DNA of 64,000 nucleotides, taken from contig JAHQWH010000226.1 of NCBI GenBank assembly GCA_029856105.1, forward strand, positions 1-64,000. Reading direction: 5' to 3'. Both the position numbers and the translations under genes were made by a program. The notes beneath the pieces are model-generated. The model saw nothing but the letters and a program-made list of their open reading frames with translations. It was not told the origin of the DNA and did not search any database. The DNA comes from Promethearchaeia archaeon (lineage in GTDB: Archaea; Asgardarchaeota; Lokiarchaeia; Sigyniarchaeales; SOKP01). Positions within the stretch are counted from its first letter, which is position 1, and each line of letters starts with the position of its first letter. Positions 38,069 to 47,928 of this stretch are shown piece by piece.

Positions 38069-40258
38069 TTATCTTTTCACGCACTGTTCATTTAAAATTT
38101 TATGAGTTTCGCAATTAGAACAAAACCCATTAAAAACAGAAGCGTTCTTAAAGCTATCGTTCCAACATTTTGGACAAATATAATACGGTAAAGGTTTACC
38201 GTTCTTTCGTTTCACGATTTTAAAAGTATTAAAACCACATATTGAGCAGAATGAGGCTTTTAATATAGTAATTCTACCCGTTTTGGGAACGGAAAGGTAA
38301 GTTTTGCAATTTGTATCTGAACATACGAGAAATCTTTTCTTTTGTGAGGTCGTAATTAGCTTCATTGGATATTTTTTACAGGTTGGGCAATTAGCAGTAG
38401 TTTGTGGAAACTTTTTTTGTTTAAACTCCTGTTGCATTGCCGTTTTTAAATTTGTTTTAACGCTATCAAATCTTAAAGTAATAGCATTTCTGTTGTTAAG
38501 AAATTTATCAAACAATTCAAGAAAAATTTTTTTAACAATTTTTATCACTTCTTCTTTAGTCTTTCTTTGTTCCTTTATGTCTTCGAGTAATTTTTCCACA
38601 AATCGCGTAAATTCAGGTTTTAAGAAGGGCAGCCATACTTTTATTAACTCTATTATTATAAATTTGCCCCACTCCGTAGTTTTGAAATGATTTTTGTTAG
38701 TTCGCAAGATTAATTTTCGATCTATAAGAATTTTAATTATAGTTGGACGAGTCGATTTGGTTCCTAAATGTTCTCTCTCCATTAATTTCAAAAGAGTAGT
38801 ATCAGAATATTTTGGGGGGGGCTGAGTTTCCTTAGCGTTTAATTGAATATTTTTAATTGGAAGTTGTTTTGCTTCGATTTCTATCGTTGGTTGATAGCTT
38901 TTCTTTAAAAAGGGTGCGATTTCGTAAAAACCACTTGAGACTAACGAAACCAACCGCGATGTAAATGGTTCTACTTTTATTGATATTTTTAAAATTGTCC
39001 TCGATTCTTCTGCTTGTTCTCCGAAAAGAGCTAAATAATGTCGAGCTAACAAGTCGTAAACTCTTTTTTGAATGTTATTTTCAAATTTAGAACTATTTTG
39101 TTCCAAGCTCTCTAAAGGAGTAATGGGAGGATGATCTCCGGCGTCAACTTTCCCAATTGTAGGCATTAGGCGTTTTTTAGTTAGCAATTTTAAAGTGTAA
39201 GTTCCATAGTTAGTGTGAAGTTTGAGCTTATCTAAGTATTGAGTATGGTTAAAGTTTGCTTGGTATTTATCGCTATCAGTCCTAGGATAAGAAATTATCT
39301 TATTTAAGTAGAGCGCGTTCATGGCGTTCATGGCAGCATTTGCGCTAATCTTTAGCCTCCTAGTTAATAAAACTAGCGCCTTCGAAGTATTTAAAGGCGT
39401 CGGAGGGTTTATAACATTAGTATTTTTACTAGTACTCAAAACTACAGCAATTTTTTCATTTCTTATTTTCTGATGGATATTTTTTGCTTCAAGTTCTTTC
39501 TCTTTAATAAAAGGGTTCTTATCGTGGAAGGCTTTTATTATATGGGTTTTATGGCTTAAATTCGCTTCTATTGTCCAATATGGTTCAGGTACAAATCGCT
39601 CTATTTCTTGGTCCCTTAAGAATATTAAATAGAGCAAAGACGTCTGTACCCTTCCTATCGACACAAATTTAGCGTTAATCTCGTTTAATAAAGGTCTAAA
39701 CGTATTTGTGACCTCTCTCGTGCTTGAAAACCCGATTACTGCGTCAATAATGGCTCTTGCCTCGCCTGTTTCACCCCAACTCCACTTGGGATTTATCAAA
39801 TTAGAATATTTAGAAACAATCTCTTTTTTTTGTAACGAACTTAACCACAGCTGACGCACTTTAATAGCTTTATTAGCTTTCTTTACAAACGGTAAGGCAT
39901 CAAAAAGCCCAATGTTACATCCCTCAATATCCGCATCGGTACCGATTACGCATTCGTCGCATAATTTAGCATATTCTTTTAACGCGCTAATATATGGTCT
40001 AGCATAACTTATGGATGCTTTTTCAATCGAACTTGGATTAGTAATTATTTCCCTAGGATTAGATTTCGTCCAGCTTTTAAATTGATCGGTGTTTTTATAC
40101 TCTAAAATATGTCCTCGAAGAGGAACAACGTAAATATCTTTAGAATTTACCCGATATACTTTCAAGAATTTTGTTTTGTTTATAATCGTTACAGGACCTA
40201 ATGCTTCAGCTATAGCCTTTGCTGCTTTATTTTTTTCCGATATTATTAAAATCGTCAT
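38069..40258 (-). CDS. topA: Type IA DNA topoisomerase with C-terminal Zn fingers
   Basis: TOPRIM ISEK and TDADIEG; SIGRVQT; catalytic ISYPRTDS; HPPITP; LGTKSTR; CxxC clusters. Confidence 0.93.
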   Translation of the reverse strand: MTILIISEKNKAAKAIAEALGPVTIINKTKFLKVYRVNSKDIYVVPLRGHILEYKNTDQFKSWTKSNPREIITNPSSIEKASISYARPYISALKEYAKLCDECVIGTDADIEGCNIGLFDALPFVKKANKAIKVRQLWLSSLQKKEIVSKYSNLINPKWSWGETGEARAIIDAVIGFSSTREVTNTFRPLLNEINAKFVSIGRVQTSLLYLIFLRDQEIERFVPEPYWTIEANLSHKTHIIKAFHDKNPFIKEKELEAKNIHQKIRNEKIAVVLSTSKNTNVINPPTPLNTSKALVLLTRRLKISANAAMNAMNALYLNKIISYPRTDSDKYQANFNHTQYLDKLKLHTNYGTYTLKLLTKKRLMPTIGKVDAGDHPPITPLESLEQNSSKFENNIQKRVYDLLARHYLALFGEQAEESRTILKISIKVEPFTSRLVSLVSSGFYEIAPFLKKSYQPTIEIEAKQLPIKNIQLNAKETQPPPKYSDTTLLKLMEREHLGTKSTRPTIIKILIDRKLILRTNKNHFKTTEWGKFIIIELIKVWLPFLKPEFTRFVEKLLEDIKEQRKTKEEVIKIVKKIFLELFDKFLNNRNAITLRFDSVKTNLKTAMQQEFKQKKFPQTTANCPTCKKYPMKLITTSQKKRFLVCSDTNCKTYLSVPKTGRITILKASFCSICGFNTFKIVKRKNGKPLPYYICPKCWNDSFKNASVFNGFCSNCETHKILNEQCVKR

Positions 40259-40471
40259 TAAAGTGTTTTTCTTTTGCTAAATTCGCTTTTATCTTAATGT
40301 AATTTCATTCTATTATAAAAGTTAACAGAAACTTAAATTACTAATTGCTTGATTGTTTATAAATGAAAAGTTTCAAGAGAAATAAGATGACTTACCTTAT
40401 TATAATTTTTTATTATGTATTTATTATTTTCACTACTTAGCTATCAATAACCAGATTAGGGTTCAAATTTA

Positions 40472-43400
40472 TTACTTTGGTAAGGTAAAACTAATCTCGG
40501 CTCCCTTATCCCTTCCTTCTGATTCCACCCAGATTTTACCACCGTGTACTTCAATCATTCCTTTACAAATATAAAGACCTAATCCACTCCCTTTCTCAAA
40601 AGCAGAATAGCTTTCAGTAGCTTGACCAATTGTAACAAATTTACCAAATAATTTCTCAATTTCTTTTAGAGTTAACCCTTTTCCGTGGTCCTTTATTTTA
40701 AAAAGAAAATTTTGGTTTTCTTCCAAAACCTTAATGTTAATTATACTATCGTTAGGAGAAAATTTCACGGCATTTGATAATATATTCGAGAAAACTTGCG
40801 CGATTCTAAATCGATCCACTATTAGTTCAAGATCCTCGGAGACATTTAAGTTTATAGCTATTTTTTTTTGATTTATTTGGTATTCTAATTCAGAAAGACA
40901 ATCTCTTATTATATCGTAAATGTTCTCGACTTTCTTAATTATCTCTATTTTGCCCGCATCAATTTTCATTACATCCAATAACCGATTTATGTAATTTTCC
41001 AAACGAGCTACGTTGCTTAATACTCGATTTAAATCTTCTTTAATATCATCTTTTAAATCTTTCTCTCTTAATAATATTAAATCGATATAACCCCCAACAG
41101 AAATTAACGGTGTTTTTAAGTCGTGAGCGGCGATGCTAATAAAATCGGTTTTTAATCTATCTAATTCTTTTAGTTCTATATTTTGCTGCCTTAAGATTCG
41201 CTCGGATTCTTTTAATTTCTCTTCTGCGATTTTTTTATCGTTTATATCTTGTATTATGGCCTGAATCATTAATTCACCACCAATTTCAATAGTGGATAAT
41301 TCAGATTCGACCCAAATCATTTTGTTATCTTTATTAAATATTTGTATGGCTGAAGGTTTCATCACGATATTCGTCGGGTCTCTCTTACGATCTAGTTCTT
41401 GAAGCGTTCTCAATCCTGGTTTTGTTTCTGAAGGAAAAATGTTTGAAAGTTTTAAATAATTCTTACCTATAAGATCATCTTTTTTAAAACCGAACAATTT
41501 AGAAGTTGTAGAATTAATATCAATAATTTTACCATTAGTGTTTAAGAGCGCAATACTGAACGGTGAGTTTTCAAATAAATGCCGATATTTCCGTTCAGAT
41601 TCTCTTAACTCCTTCGTTCTTTCAAAAATTATTTTCTCAAGTTCTCTATTTAATATTTTTAATTCTTCTTCAGACTTCTGTAATTTTAAGGCAGCTTCTT
41701 TCTTTTCTGTAATGTTCTGAATTAAGACTTGTATCAAAGTTTCATTTCCTAACTTAATTTTAGACGCTCGTATGTTAATCCATTTTTCTACTTTATCTGC
41801 GCGAGTCATTTTAAATTCCAATGGTTTTACTCTCTCGTTCTTGATAAAGCTTTCAAGTTTGCTTTTTAAAAGCGGAATAAAATATTCTGGACGATCGAAT
41901 AAAGTTAAAAATTCTATAAAATTCTTTCCAATAAGGTCATCTCTCTTGTATTCTGAGAGTAATATATTCATAGTCGAATTACAGTCAATTATTACTCCCT
42001 TTAAATTCACTATCCATATGGAAAACGGAGAGCTTTCAAACAAGTGTCGATATTTTTTCTCCGACATAATTAAGTTTTGTTCCGCTTGTTTACGGGCGGT
42101 TATATCTCTGGCAAAACTTATAGCTCTATTAATTTTTCCGTCTTTTTTCAAAGGAACCGCATTTATCTCATATTCATAAATTTCACCTAGAGTGTTTTTT
42201 GCAGTAGTTTCAAGATCTTTTATTATTTTACCTGCTCTCAGTTCATTAATTTTAGCCTTTAAATCTTCGAGATTTTCTCCAGCAAAAAAATCTAGAACTT
42301 GTTTATTTTTTGCATCGTTTAAACTAATTTTTGTTTTCTCTAGAAATGCTTGATTGGCATCTAATATGTTTCCTTTTAAATCAGTGAGATATACTAAATT
42401 AGGGCTGGCATTAAAAATTGTGTGGTATTTTTCTTCTGATTCTTTAATTCTTTTATCGGCTTCTTTGCGTTCTGTAATATCCCTTCCGATAATTATTCCT
42501 TTAATCTTACCATCTTTATCTTTAAAAGTGTTTCCTTTAACTTCTATCCATATCCAACGATTATTTTTATGTTTAATTCTTACCTCTAAAACGCCTTTGC
42601 CCGTATCGAGACCTTCAACCATCGTTTTAATCGCAATTTTTTTATCGTCAGGATGAATTATTGCTAGAACTGATTTTCCAATAATTTCCTTATAGGTATA
42701 ACCTAATGTCCTTTGCCACGGTTGTTCGTTTACGTATTCAAATTGAAGGTTTTGATTTAAAATACTAATCAAATCATAAGCATTCTCTGATATCAATTCG
42801 TATCTTTCTTCTGAGCGTTTAAGTTTTTCTTCTAAAACAATTTTCTCGGTAAAGTTTTGCACCATTCCAAAAAAACCAGATTTAGCACCTTTAGCATCGT
42901 ATTTCAAATATCCTGATGAATTTACTACGATTTTTTGGCCATTTTTGTGAAAAAACTCAAACTGGAAATTGCGTTGCCCTACCTCTGTTTTATAAACTTG
43001 GTTATAGAAGTTAAGCACTTTTTTCCTATTGAATTCATCTGACATATTTTGATAACTTTTCCCAAGTAATTCTTCTTTTGAATAACCCCCCATTTCGCAA
43101 AAGGATTCATTTAAAAATGTAAAATTTCCTTTTAAATCAACTTCATAATATCCTTCTTTAATGTTTTCTAATATGTTCCTATATTTAATTTCGGATTCTT
43201 TTATCTTTTGCTCAGCTTTCATTCTATTAGTGATATTGTTATAAGTGCATAAAATTCCTCCTACGATATCCCCTTCGAGATTATGAAGCGGTACTCGATT
43301 TATCTCAAACCACGCTTTGCTTCCATCGCTTAACATCCACGATTCAATCTTCTCTTCACTTTGATTATTTTTCATAACTCTTTTTTCATTTTCTTGAACA

Positions 43401-44056
43401 GATTTTAAGTTAGCTTTTGCCCATGGTAAGTTTTCATCTTCATCAGTTTTTCCGACAATAAAATCAGGATCTTCAATATTATTTACTAAAGCAAAATTTT
43501 GGTTACAACCCAGATATGTTAGATTTTTATCTTTCCAATAAATTAATTGAGGGATATTATCGATAACAGAGTCTAACATCTCACGCGATCTTTGAAACGA
43601 TGTTTTTTCATCTTTAGTTTGCAATAGTTTCCAGAATCGAAGCTCTGGCATGGTTTCTGCTAATCTCCTTAAGTTAGATTCCCGCTTAAACCAGTCTTCT
43701 TCTTTTTGTTTAAATTTAGAGATGTCTCGAGAAATTATTAATATTTTAGCTTTTTCAGTGTCGCTAATAAATCGTTTTCCTTTTAATTCGTAATAAACAT
43801 ATCCTTCATCTTGACGAATCCTTATCTGCTCGCTTGCTTTTCCCGCTTTTAAGATGTTTTGAAGAAAATTCAAACCACGATCTAAATCGGCGTAATAAAA
43901 ATTATCTAATATTTTTTGAGCTAAACAGGAGTAGCCTAATTTCTTCAAATGGACTTCTTCATTAACGTATTCACATTCAAAGTTTTCATTTAAAATAAAA
44001 ATTAAATCATCAAAATTTTCTATAAGAATATCTCCAAAATCGGAAACTGATGCCAT
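40472..44056 (-). CDS. Cytoplasmic multi-PAS sensor histidine kinase
   Basis: About 7 PAS/PAC repeats (SE.KYR.LFE...DITERK); H-box AAHDLKTPL; N-box NAVKF; D.G.G; GSGLGL. Confidence 0.93.
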   Translation of the reverse strand: MASVSDFGDILIENFDDLIFILNENFECEYVNEEVHLKKLGYSCLAQKILDNFYYADLDRGLNFLQNILKAGKASEQIRIRQDEGYVYYELKGKRFISDTEKAKILIISRDISKFKQKEEDWFKRESNLRRLAETMPELRFWKLLQTKDEKTSFQRSREMLDSVIDNIPQLIYWKDKNLTYLGCNQNFALVNNIEDPDFIVGKTDEDENLPWAKANLKSVQENEKRVMKNNQSEEKIESWMLSDGSKAWFEINRVPLHNLEGDIVGGILCTYNNITNRMKAEQKIKESEIKYRNILENIKEGYYEVDLKGNFTFLNESFCEMGGYSKEELLGKSYQNMSDEFNRKKVLNFYNQVYKTEVGQRNFQFEFFHKNGQKIVVNSSGYLKYDAKGAKSGFFGMVQNFTEKIVLEEKLKRSEERYELISENAYDLISILNQNLQFEYVNEQPWQRTLGYTYKEIIGKSVLAIIHPDDKKIAIKTMVEGLDTGKGVLEVRIKHKNNRWIWIEVKGNTFKDKDGKIKGIIIGRDITERKEADKRIKESEEKYHTIFNASPNLVYLTDLKGNILDANQAFLEKTKISLNDAKNKQVLDFFAGENLEDLKAKINELRAGKIIKDLETTAKNTLGEIYEYEINAVPLKKDGKINRAISFARDITARKQAEQNLIMSEKKYRHLFESSPFSIWIVNLKGVIIDCNSTMNILLSEYKRDDLIGKNFIEFLTLFDRPEYFIPLLKSKLESFIKNERVKPLEFKMTRADKVEKWINIRASKIKLGNETLIQVLIQNITEKKEAALKLQKSEEELKILNRELEKIIFERTKELRESERKYRHLFENSPFSIALLNTNGKIIDINSTTSKLFGFKKDDLIGKNYLKLSNIFPSETKPGLRTLQELDRKRDPTNIVMKPSAIQIFNKDNKMIWVESELSTIEIGGELMIQAIIQDINDKKIAEEKLKESERILRQQNIELKELDRLKTDFISIAAHDLKTPLISVGGYIDLILLREKDLKDDIKEDLNRVLSNVARLENYINRLLDVMKIDAGKIEIIKKVENIYDIIRDCLSELEYQINQKKIAINLNVSEDLELIVDRFRIAQVFSNILSNAVKFSPNDSIINIKVLEENQNFLFKIKDHGKGLTLKEIEKLFGKFVTIGQATESYSAFEKGSGLGLYICKGMIEVHGGKIWVESEGRDKGAEISFTLPK

Positions 44057-44202
44057 ATTTCGTAAAAACCTCTTTAAGATAGTAGAAACTAAATACTTAT
44101 GTTATATTTTAGTAAATATTTCTAATAATGTTAACCTTTTAGTAAAAATATAAAAGAGATTTTTCTAATCTGAAATTATAGAAAGGAAATAAAAATTACA
44201 TC

Positions 44203-44796
44203 ATGACATTTATTGAACCTTCTTTTGAAATCGACGAGAAAGGTAGAGTTATATGTCAATCTCATTCAGATTATCCTCAATTAATTAAACCTGAGAAGAC
44301 CACATTTGAAGACATGCAGATGGAAACCCAATTAACTTGTAAGACTTGTTTACATTACAAAAACGACGATTGTTATTTTCCTAAGGCTGATATAGATAAA
44401 ATTGAATTCGATAGAATCAACAGAACTCGCTTTGAATGCAATTTTTGCGGTAATAAAATCGATCGCATGTTAACCATCATGCAAAAAATTTATTTAGAGG
44501 AAAAATTTCGAATGAAAATGCCCTTAATTTGCTGTAGTTGTTATGAAAGCTTAAAAATAAAGAAATTCGATGAATATTATAACAAAAGAATTTGGGAGGC
44601 TTTACTTTTTTATACGCCAGTTTTATTTTCATTCGGTAGTCCCTATCCAACCAATTTAATATTAGCTATCGGTTCTTTTTTCGTAATTATCCTTTTAAAG
44701 TTTATTATTAAGCAATATTTCCATTATAGTCTCTTTTTGATAGATTTATTAAAAGGAAAGAGATTCTACGATAAAAATTTCCGAGATAAATCTTGA
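44203..44796 (+). CDS. Cys/His-rich (Zn-binding) protein with C-terminal TM helices
   Basis: CQSH, CKTC.HY...C, CNFC, CCSC; hydrophobic C-terminus. Confidence 0.7.
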   Translation: MTFIEPSFEIDEKGRVICQSHSDYPQLIKPEKTTFEDMQMETQLTCKTCLHYKNDDCYFPKADIDKIEFDRINRTRFECNFCGNKIDRMLTIMQKIYLEEKFRMKMPLICCSCYESLKIKKFDEYYNKRIWEALLFYTPVLFSFGSPYPTNLILAIGSFFVIILLKFIIKQYFHYSLFLIDLLKGKRFYDKNFRDKS

Positions 44797-44830
44797 TAAA
44801 ATGGGTTTATTTCCAATTACCGTTTCCGTT

Positions 44831-45940
44831 TTATGCTAAGTTTCCTGCCCATCCTCGGACTTTTTTTCTGAATTTTTCTTGTTTTAAAATTATTAGATCG
44901 AGCTGTTTTTTAGTTTTATTAGATAAATTCTCAATTTCGGGTACAAATTTGTACTTAATAAAATAATTTTTAACTTCTTTTGATATTAATTTACTCGGTA
45001 TTTTTTCAGGGTTATTTTTAAAGCTACTATAAAGCTTTTCCCAAGAATCGAGAAAATTTTCAATGTTATTTTTAGATTCGAAAATTGCTAAAGTTCCTAA
45101 ATTGTTTGGTGTAGTAATCGCAACATTTGATCTATCTACAGTAAATCGATTGCCATTAAAGGAAACCGCAATTCCTCCTTCGTCTTTTAATCTTTGGAGC
45201 ATATTAATATCAGTAATCGAGTCTCCAAGCGCTACCATTTCAGATATTGGAACTTGTGTAATTCTAGAGATTCTTTCAACTGCCATTTCTTTTCTTTTAC
45301 CGCCCCTAACTTCAATAAAGTTCATCGCTTTAACATAATCAGATTCTTTATTATTCCAAAAAAAATTATTTAAATCTTCTATAACTAAATCCAAATTTTT
45401 ATCGTTATCTATGTAGTTTTGGAATATGATGTTAACTAAGTTTTTTAGGTCTCCTTCAATATTATAAATAGTTTTATTTGCTTCTTTAATATTTAAATCT
45501 GTGCAATAGATGTGATCAAGCGGAATATTCAAGCTTTTTGCTATGTTGTGCGCAAAATGACGATAACTCGTAGAAATAACGAATATATCCCAATTTTTGT
45601 GTAATACTTTCATTAAATCTTTACAACCGGGTAATAAACCAAGATTATTATTAGCTAGTTTAACTAATTCTTTATCAGAAAAACAAGACATATATAATGG
45701 AGCCATTAATCTCAAAGTGTCCCCTGGTTGATAATTTGGTATGTTTAACCTTTTTTTTACGCCAGGAAAATCGATAAGGTAATCGTCATAAATAGAAATC
45801 ATCTCAAAAAATTCGCCCATATTAAATTTTTGTAAATCAAACTTGGTTTTTTTACTTAATAAGCGGCCTAATTCAGCAGCAAAGTCCAGTGTACTTATAG
45901 GACCTTCTAGATCCCAACAGCATACATTTTTTGGAGTCAA
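44831..45940 (-). CDS. HAD-superfamily hydrolase, EhaR/COG4030-like
   Basis: WDLEGP motif I, Y.PGDTL.L..P, ISTSY, GDSITD..ML, AVSFNGN. Confidence 0.8.
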   Translation of the reverse strand: MTPKNVCCWDLEGPISTLDFAAELGRLLSKKTKFDLQKFNMGEFFEMISIYDDYLIDFPGVKKRLNIPNYQPGDTLRLMAPLYMSCFSDKELVKLANNNLGLLPGCKDLMKVLHKNWDIFVISTSYRHFAHNIAKSLNIPLDHIYCTDLNIKEANKTIYNIEGDLKNLVNIIFQNYIDNDKNLDLVIEDLNNFFWNNKESDYVKAMNFIEVRGGKRKEMAVERISRITQVPISEMVALGDSITDINMLQRLKDEGGIAVSFNGNRFTVDRSNVAITTPNNLGTLAIFESKNNIENFLDSWEKLYSSFKNNPEKIPSKLISKEVKNYFIKYKFVPEIENLSNKTKKQLDLIILKQEKFRKKVRGWAGNLA

Positions 45941-46061
45941 ATTAAATTGCCTATCTTAATGTGATATTATTAGTACAAGAGAAATTAGATAAATTGAATA
46001 ACAAGAGATTAAAATAACTTTTTATTAAGTACTTATTATTTTTTTATAGATATAGAGTTAG

Positions 46062-46553
46062 CTACATATTAACTTTAAAAATATCTTGAATTGATCTTTC
46101 TCTGCGAGCTTTTTCAACGATTCTACGCCAATCCGGTTCGATTTTATCAAAAGTATTTTCAGTAAGTTGTCGTAATTTGTCGTCAGACGATTTAAGAAAA
46201 TGTCCTATGTATTCTAAAGCCCTTTTATCTTTTATTTTAGCAAAACTTTCGATGATAAAAATCACTTTTAACTTATCCAACTCTATTTCTGGTTTTTCAA
46301 TTTCTTCTTTTAATTTCTGTAATATTCTTAGCGTTGCTCTTCCATCTGCTATTTGTCCTAAGGCTTCTATAATTCGATTAACAACCATCGGTTCATCTTC
46401 GATATTTAACGCTCGACACAATAAATTGACGGCCCTTCCATCTTTTAAAAACCCAAGTTGTCTTGCAGCTTCAGCTCTTTTTTCGGCTTCTTTTTCGTGA
46501 AATAATTGTTTGATTAAGTTATTATAATTAGCGTTTCTAGCATTCCAATCCAT
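46062..46553 (-). CDS. HEAT-repeat protein
   Basis: RAEAARQLG..KD.RAV..L, IIEALGQI.D.RA repeats. Confidence 0.85.
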   Translation of the reverse strand: MDWNARNANYNNLIKQLFHEKEAEKRAEAARQLGFLKDGRAVNLLCRALNIEDEPMVVNRIIEALGQIADGRATLRILQKLKEEIEKPEIELDKLKVIFIIESFAKIKDKRALEYIGHFLKSSDDKLRQLTENTFDKIEPDWRRIVEKARRERSIQDIFKVNM

Positions 46554-46632
46554 AATCCTATTTAAAATAAGAGCTACAAATATTAGAATGTAATCTTTAT
46601 AAAATATAATTAAAAAAAAGGTTAGTAATAGC

Positions 46633-46686
46633 TTATTTTATTCCGTGTATGATGGAATTCATGTGATCTATTCTTTTTTGCAGTAA
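46633..46686 (-). repeat. Displaced purD 3' end, copy A (encodes LLQKRIDHMNSIIHGIK*)
   Basis: 28-bp core GAATTCATGTGATCTATTCTTTTTTGCA (46655-46682) identical to purD 47942-47969. Confidence 0.92.
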
Positions 46687-46759
46687 TACATCAAAGAAAA
46701 AACTTATAAATTAATTATGTATAATTTTATATTGAAATTCAAAATTATTTTGTTTAAGA

Positions 46760-47404
46760 GTGATAATAATGAGTTCGCAAATAAGCTGTCCAAATTGTGG
46801 TAAAGTAAATAATATTAAAAATACATATTGCATTGAATGTGGATTTCAATTTGAAGGAAATAGTTCTATTGAGTTTCAAATTATTGAAAATTTAAAAGTA
46901 GATCTCTATGGAAGTATAATATGCATCATAATTTTTGTCGCTTTTATGATCTTAATAACTGTTGGAATTATATCTGAATATGGCCTATATGGATGTATTT
47001 CAATTGTAATAATTTGGCCACTAACAATAGGGTTTATAGTTTGGGCAAAAAGTTATTTTAAAGGGCTTTCAAAGTCTAGGAGATTTACAATTACTAAAGA
47101 TTTTATTGAAATAATTGTTCCTCATAAGCCTGCCTTTCAAATTAAATGGTCTGAATTTGATTCTCTCGAAATTACCAGACGAGACTCAATGACAACAATA
47201 CCAACAGGAGGCGGAAATATTTATGGTCCTAGATTTGTATACTTTAACTTAATTTTTAAAGGAAGAAATGAAGAACGTAGCTATGAATTTGAGTCAGGAA
47301 AAGATTTTAAAGTGAAATCGAGAAAAAAAATACAAATTGCTTTAGAGCAATATTCTAAAGATAAAGGAAAAGATTTTACAGGATGGAAGCAGAAGGATAG
47401 TTAA
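46760..47404 (+). CDS. Zinc-ribbon + 2-TM + PH-like domain protein (cargo of cassette 1)
   Basis: CPNCG...YCIECG, two TM helices, beta-rich C-domain with I.WSEF motif. Confidence 0.75.
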   Translation: MIIMSSQISCPNCGKVNNIKNTYCIECGFQFEGNSSIEFQIIENLKVDLYGSIICIIIFVAFMILITVGIISEYGLYGCISIVIIWPLTIGFIVWAKSYFKGLSKSRRFTITKDFIEIIVPHKPAFQIKWSEFDSLEITRRDSMTTIPTGGGNIYGPRFVYFNLIFKGRNEERSYEFESGKDFKVKSRKKIQIALEQYSKDKGKDFTGWKQKDS

Positions 47405-47410
47405 AAAAGG

Positions 47411-47458
47411 TATTATTTTAGTAGAGAATTCATGTGATCTATTCTTTTTTGCAATAAC
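47411..47458 (-). repeat. Displaced purD 3' end, copy B (encodes LLQKRIDHMNSLLK*)
   Basis: Matches 47927-47974; the differences (CTA CTA vs CTT TTG) are synonymous. Confidence 0.95.
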
Positions 47459-47659
47459 AATTCTCAGGTTTGGTTGTGACACTTATCAAGCGATTAAATA
47501 TCGATTTCATGCTTTCTCCCTTAATTAGATATGACGAAAAAATTCTCCTTTGTATAAGATTTTTTAATATCTGAAGACTCTAGACTCGTCTCTTTTTTCA
47601 GTATTTTGTATAATTTTTCGTGATTAAAATTCTGGAAAAAAAAAATGATCGATTCTCCA

Positions 47660-47854
47660 TCAATTTTCTTTTTTAATTCTTTTATAATCGGCAGTACAAT
47701 AATGCCAGATTGCTTCAATTAAAAAGAATAAAGCTAGATAACCAAACACAGAAGACCACCATTCCAACTTAAAATAAGACCAAACTAAAACCAATATCAT
47801 ACCTGTAACCAATAAAATTGAGCCATGTATTTCTAATTTCATTATTTTATCCAT
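47660..47854 (-). CDS. Small 2-TM membrane protein (cargo of cassette 2)
   Basis: 64 aa, two hydrophobic helices, GAGGT SD-like motif upstream. Confidence 0.6.
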   Translation of the reverse strand: MDKIMKLEIHGSILLVTGMILVLVWSYFKLEWWSSVFGYLALFFLIEAIWHYCTADYKRIKKEN

Positions 47855-47901
47855 TTTTAAACCTCAAGATTAAATTTAATATTCAATATGTTCCATATAA
47901 T

Positions 47902-47923
47902 AAATATGCACATATGCATATTT
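47902..47923. promoter_or_regulatory. Perfect 9-bp inverted repeat next to the purD stop
   Basis: AAATATGCA-cata-TGCATATTT. Confidence 0.45.
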
Positions 47924-47928
47924 TGATA

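Noticed and set aside
44831-45940. Eha hydrogenase operon
   Set aside because: Only an EhaR-like HAD gene is present; no hydrogenase subunits are adjacent
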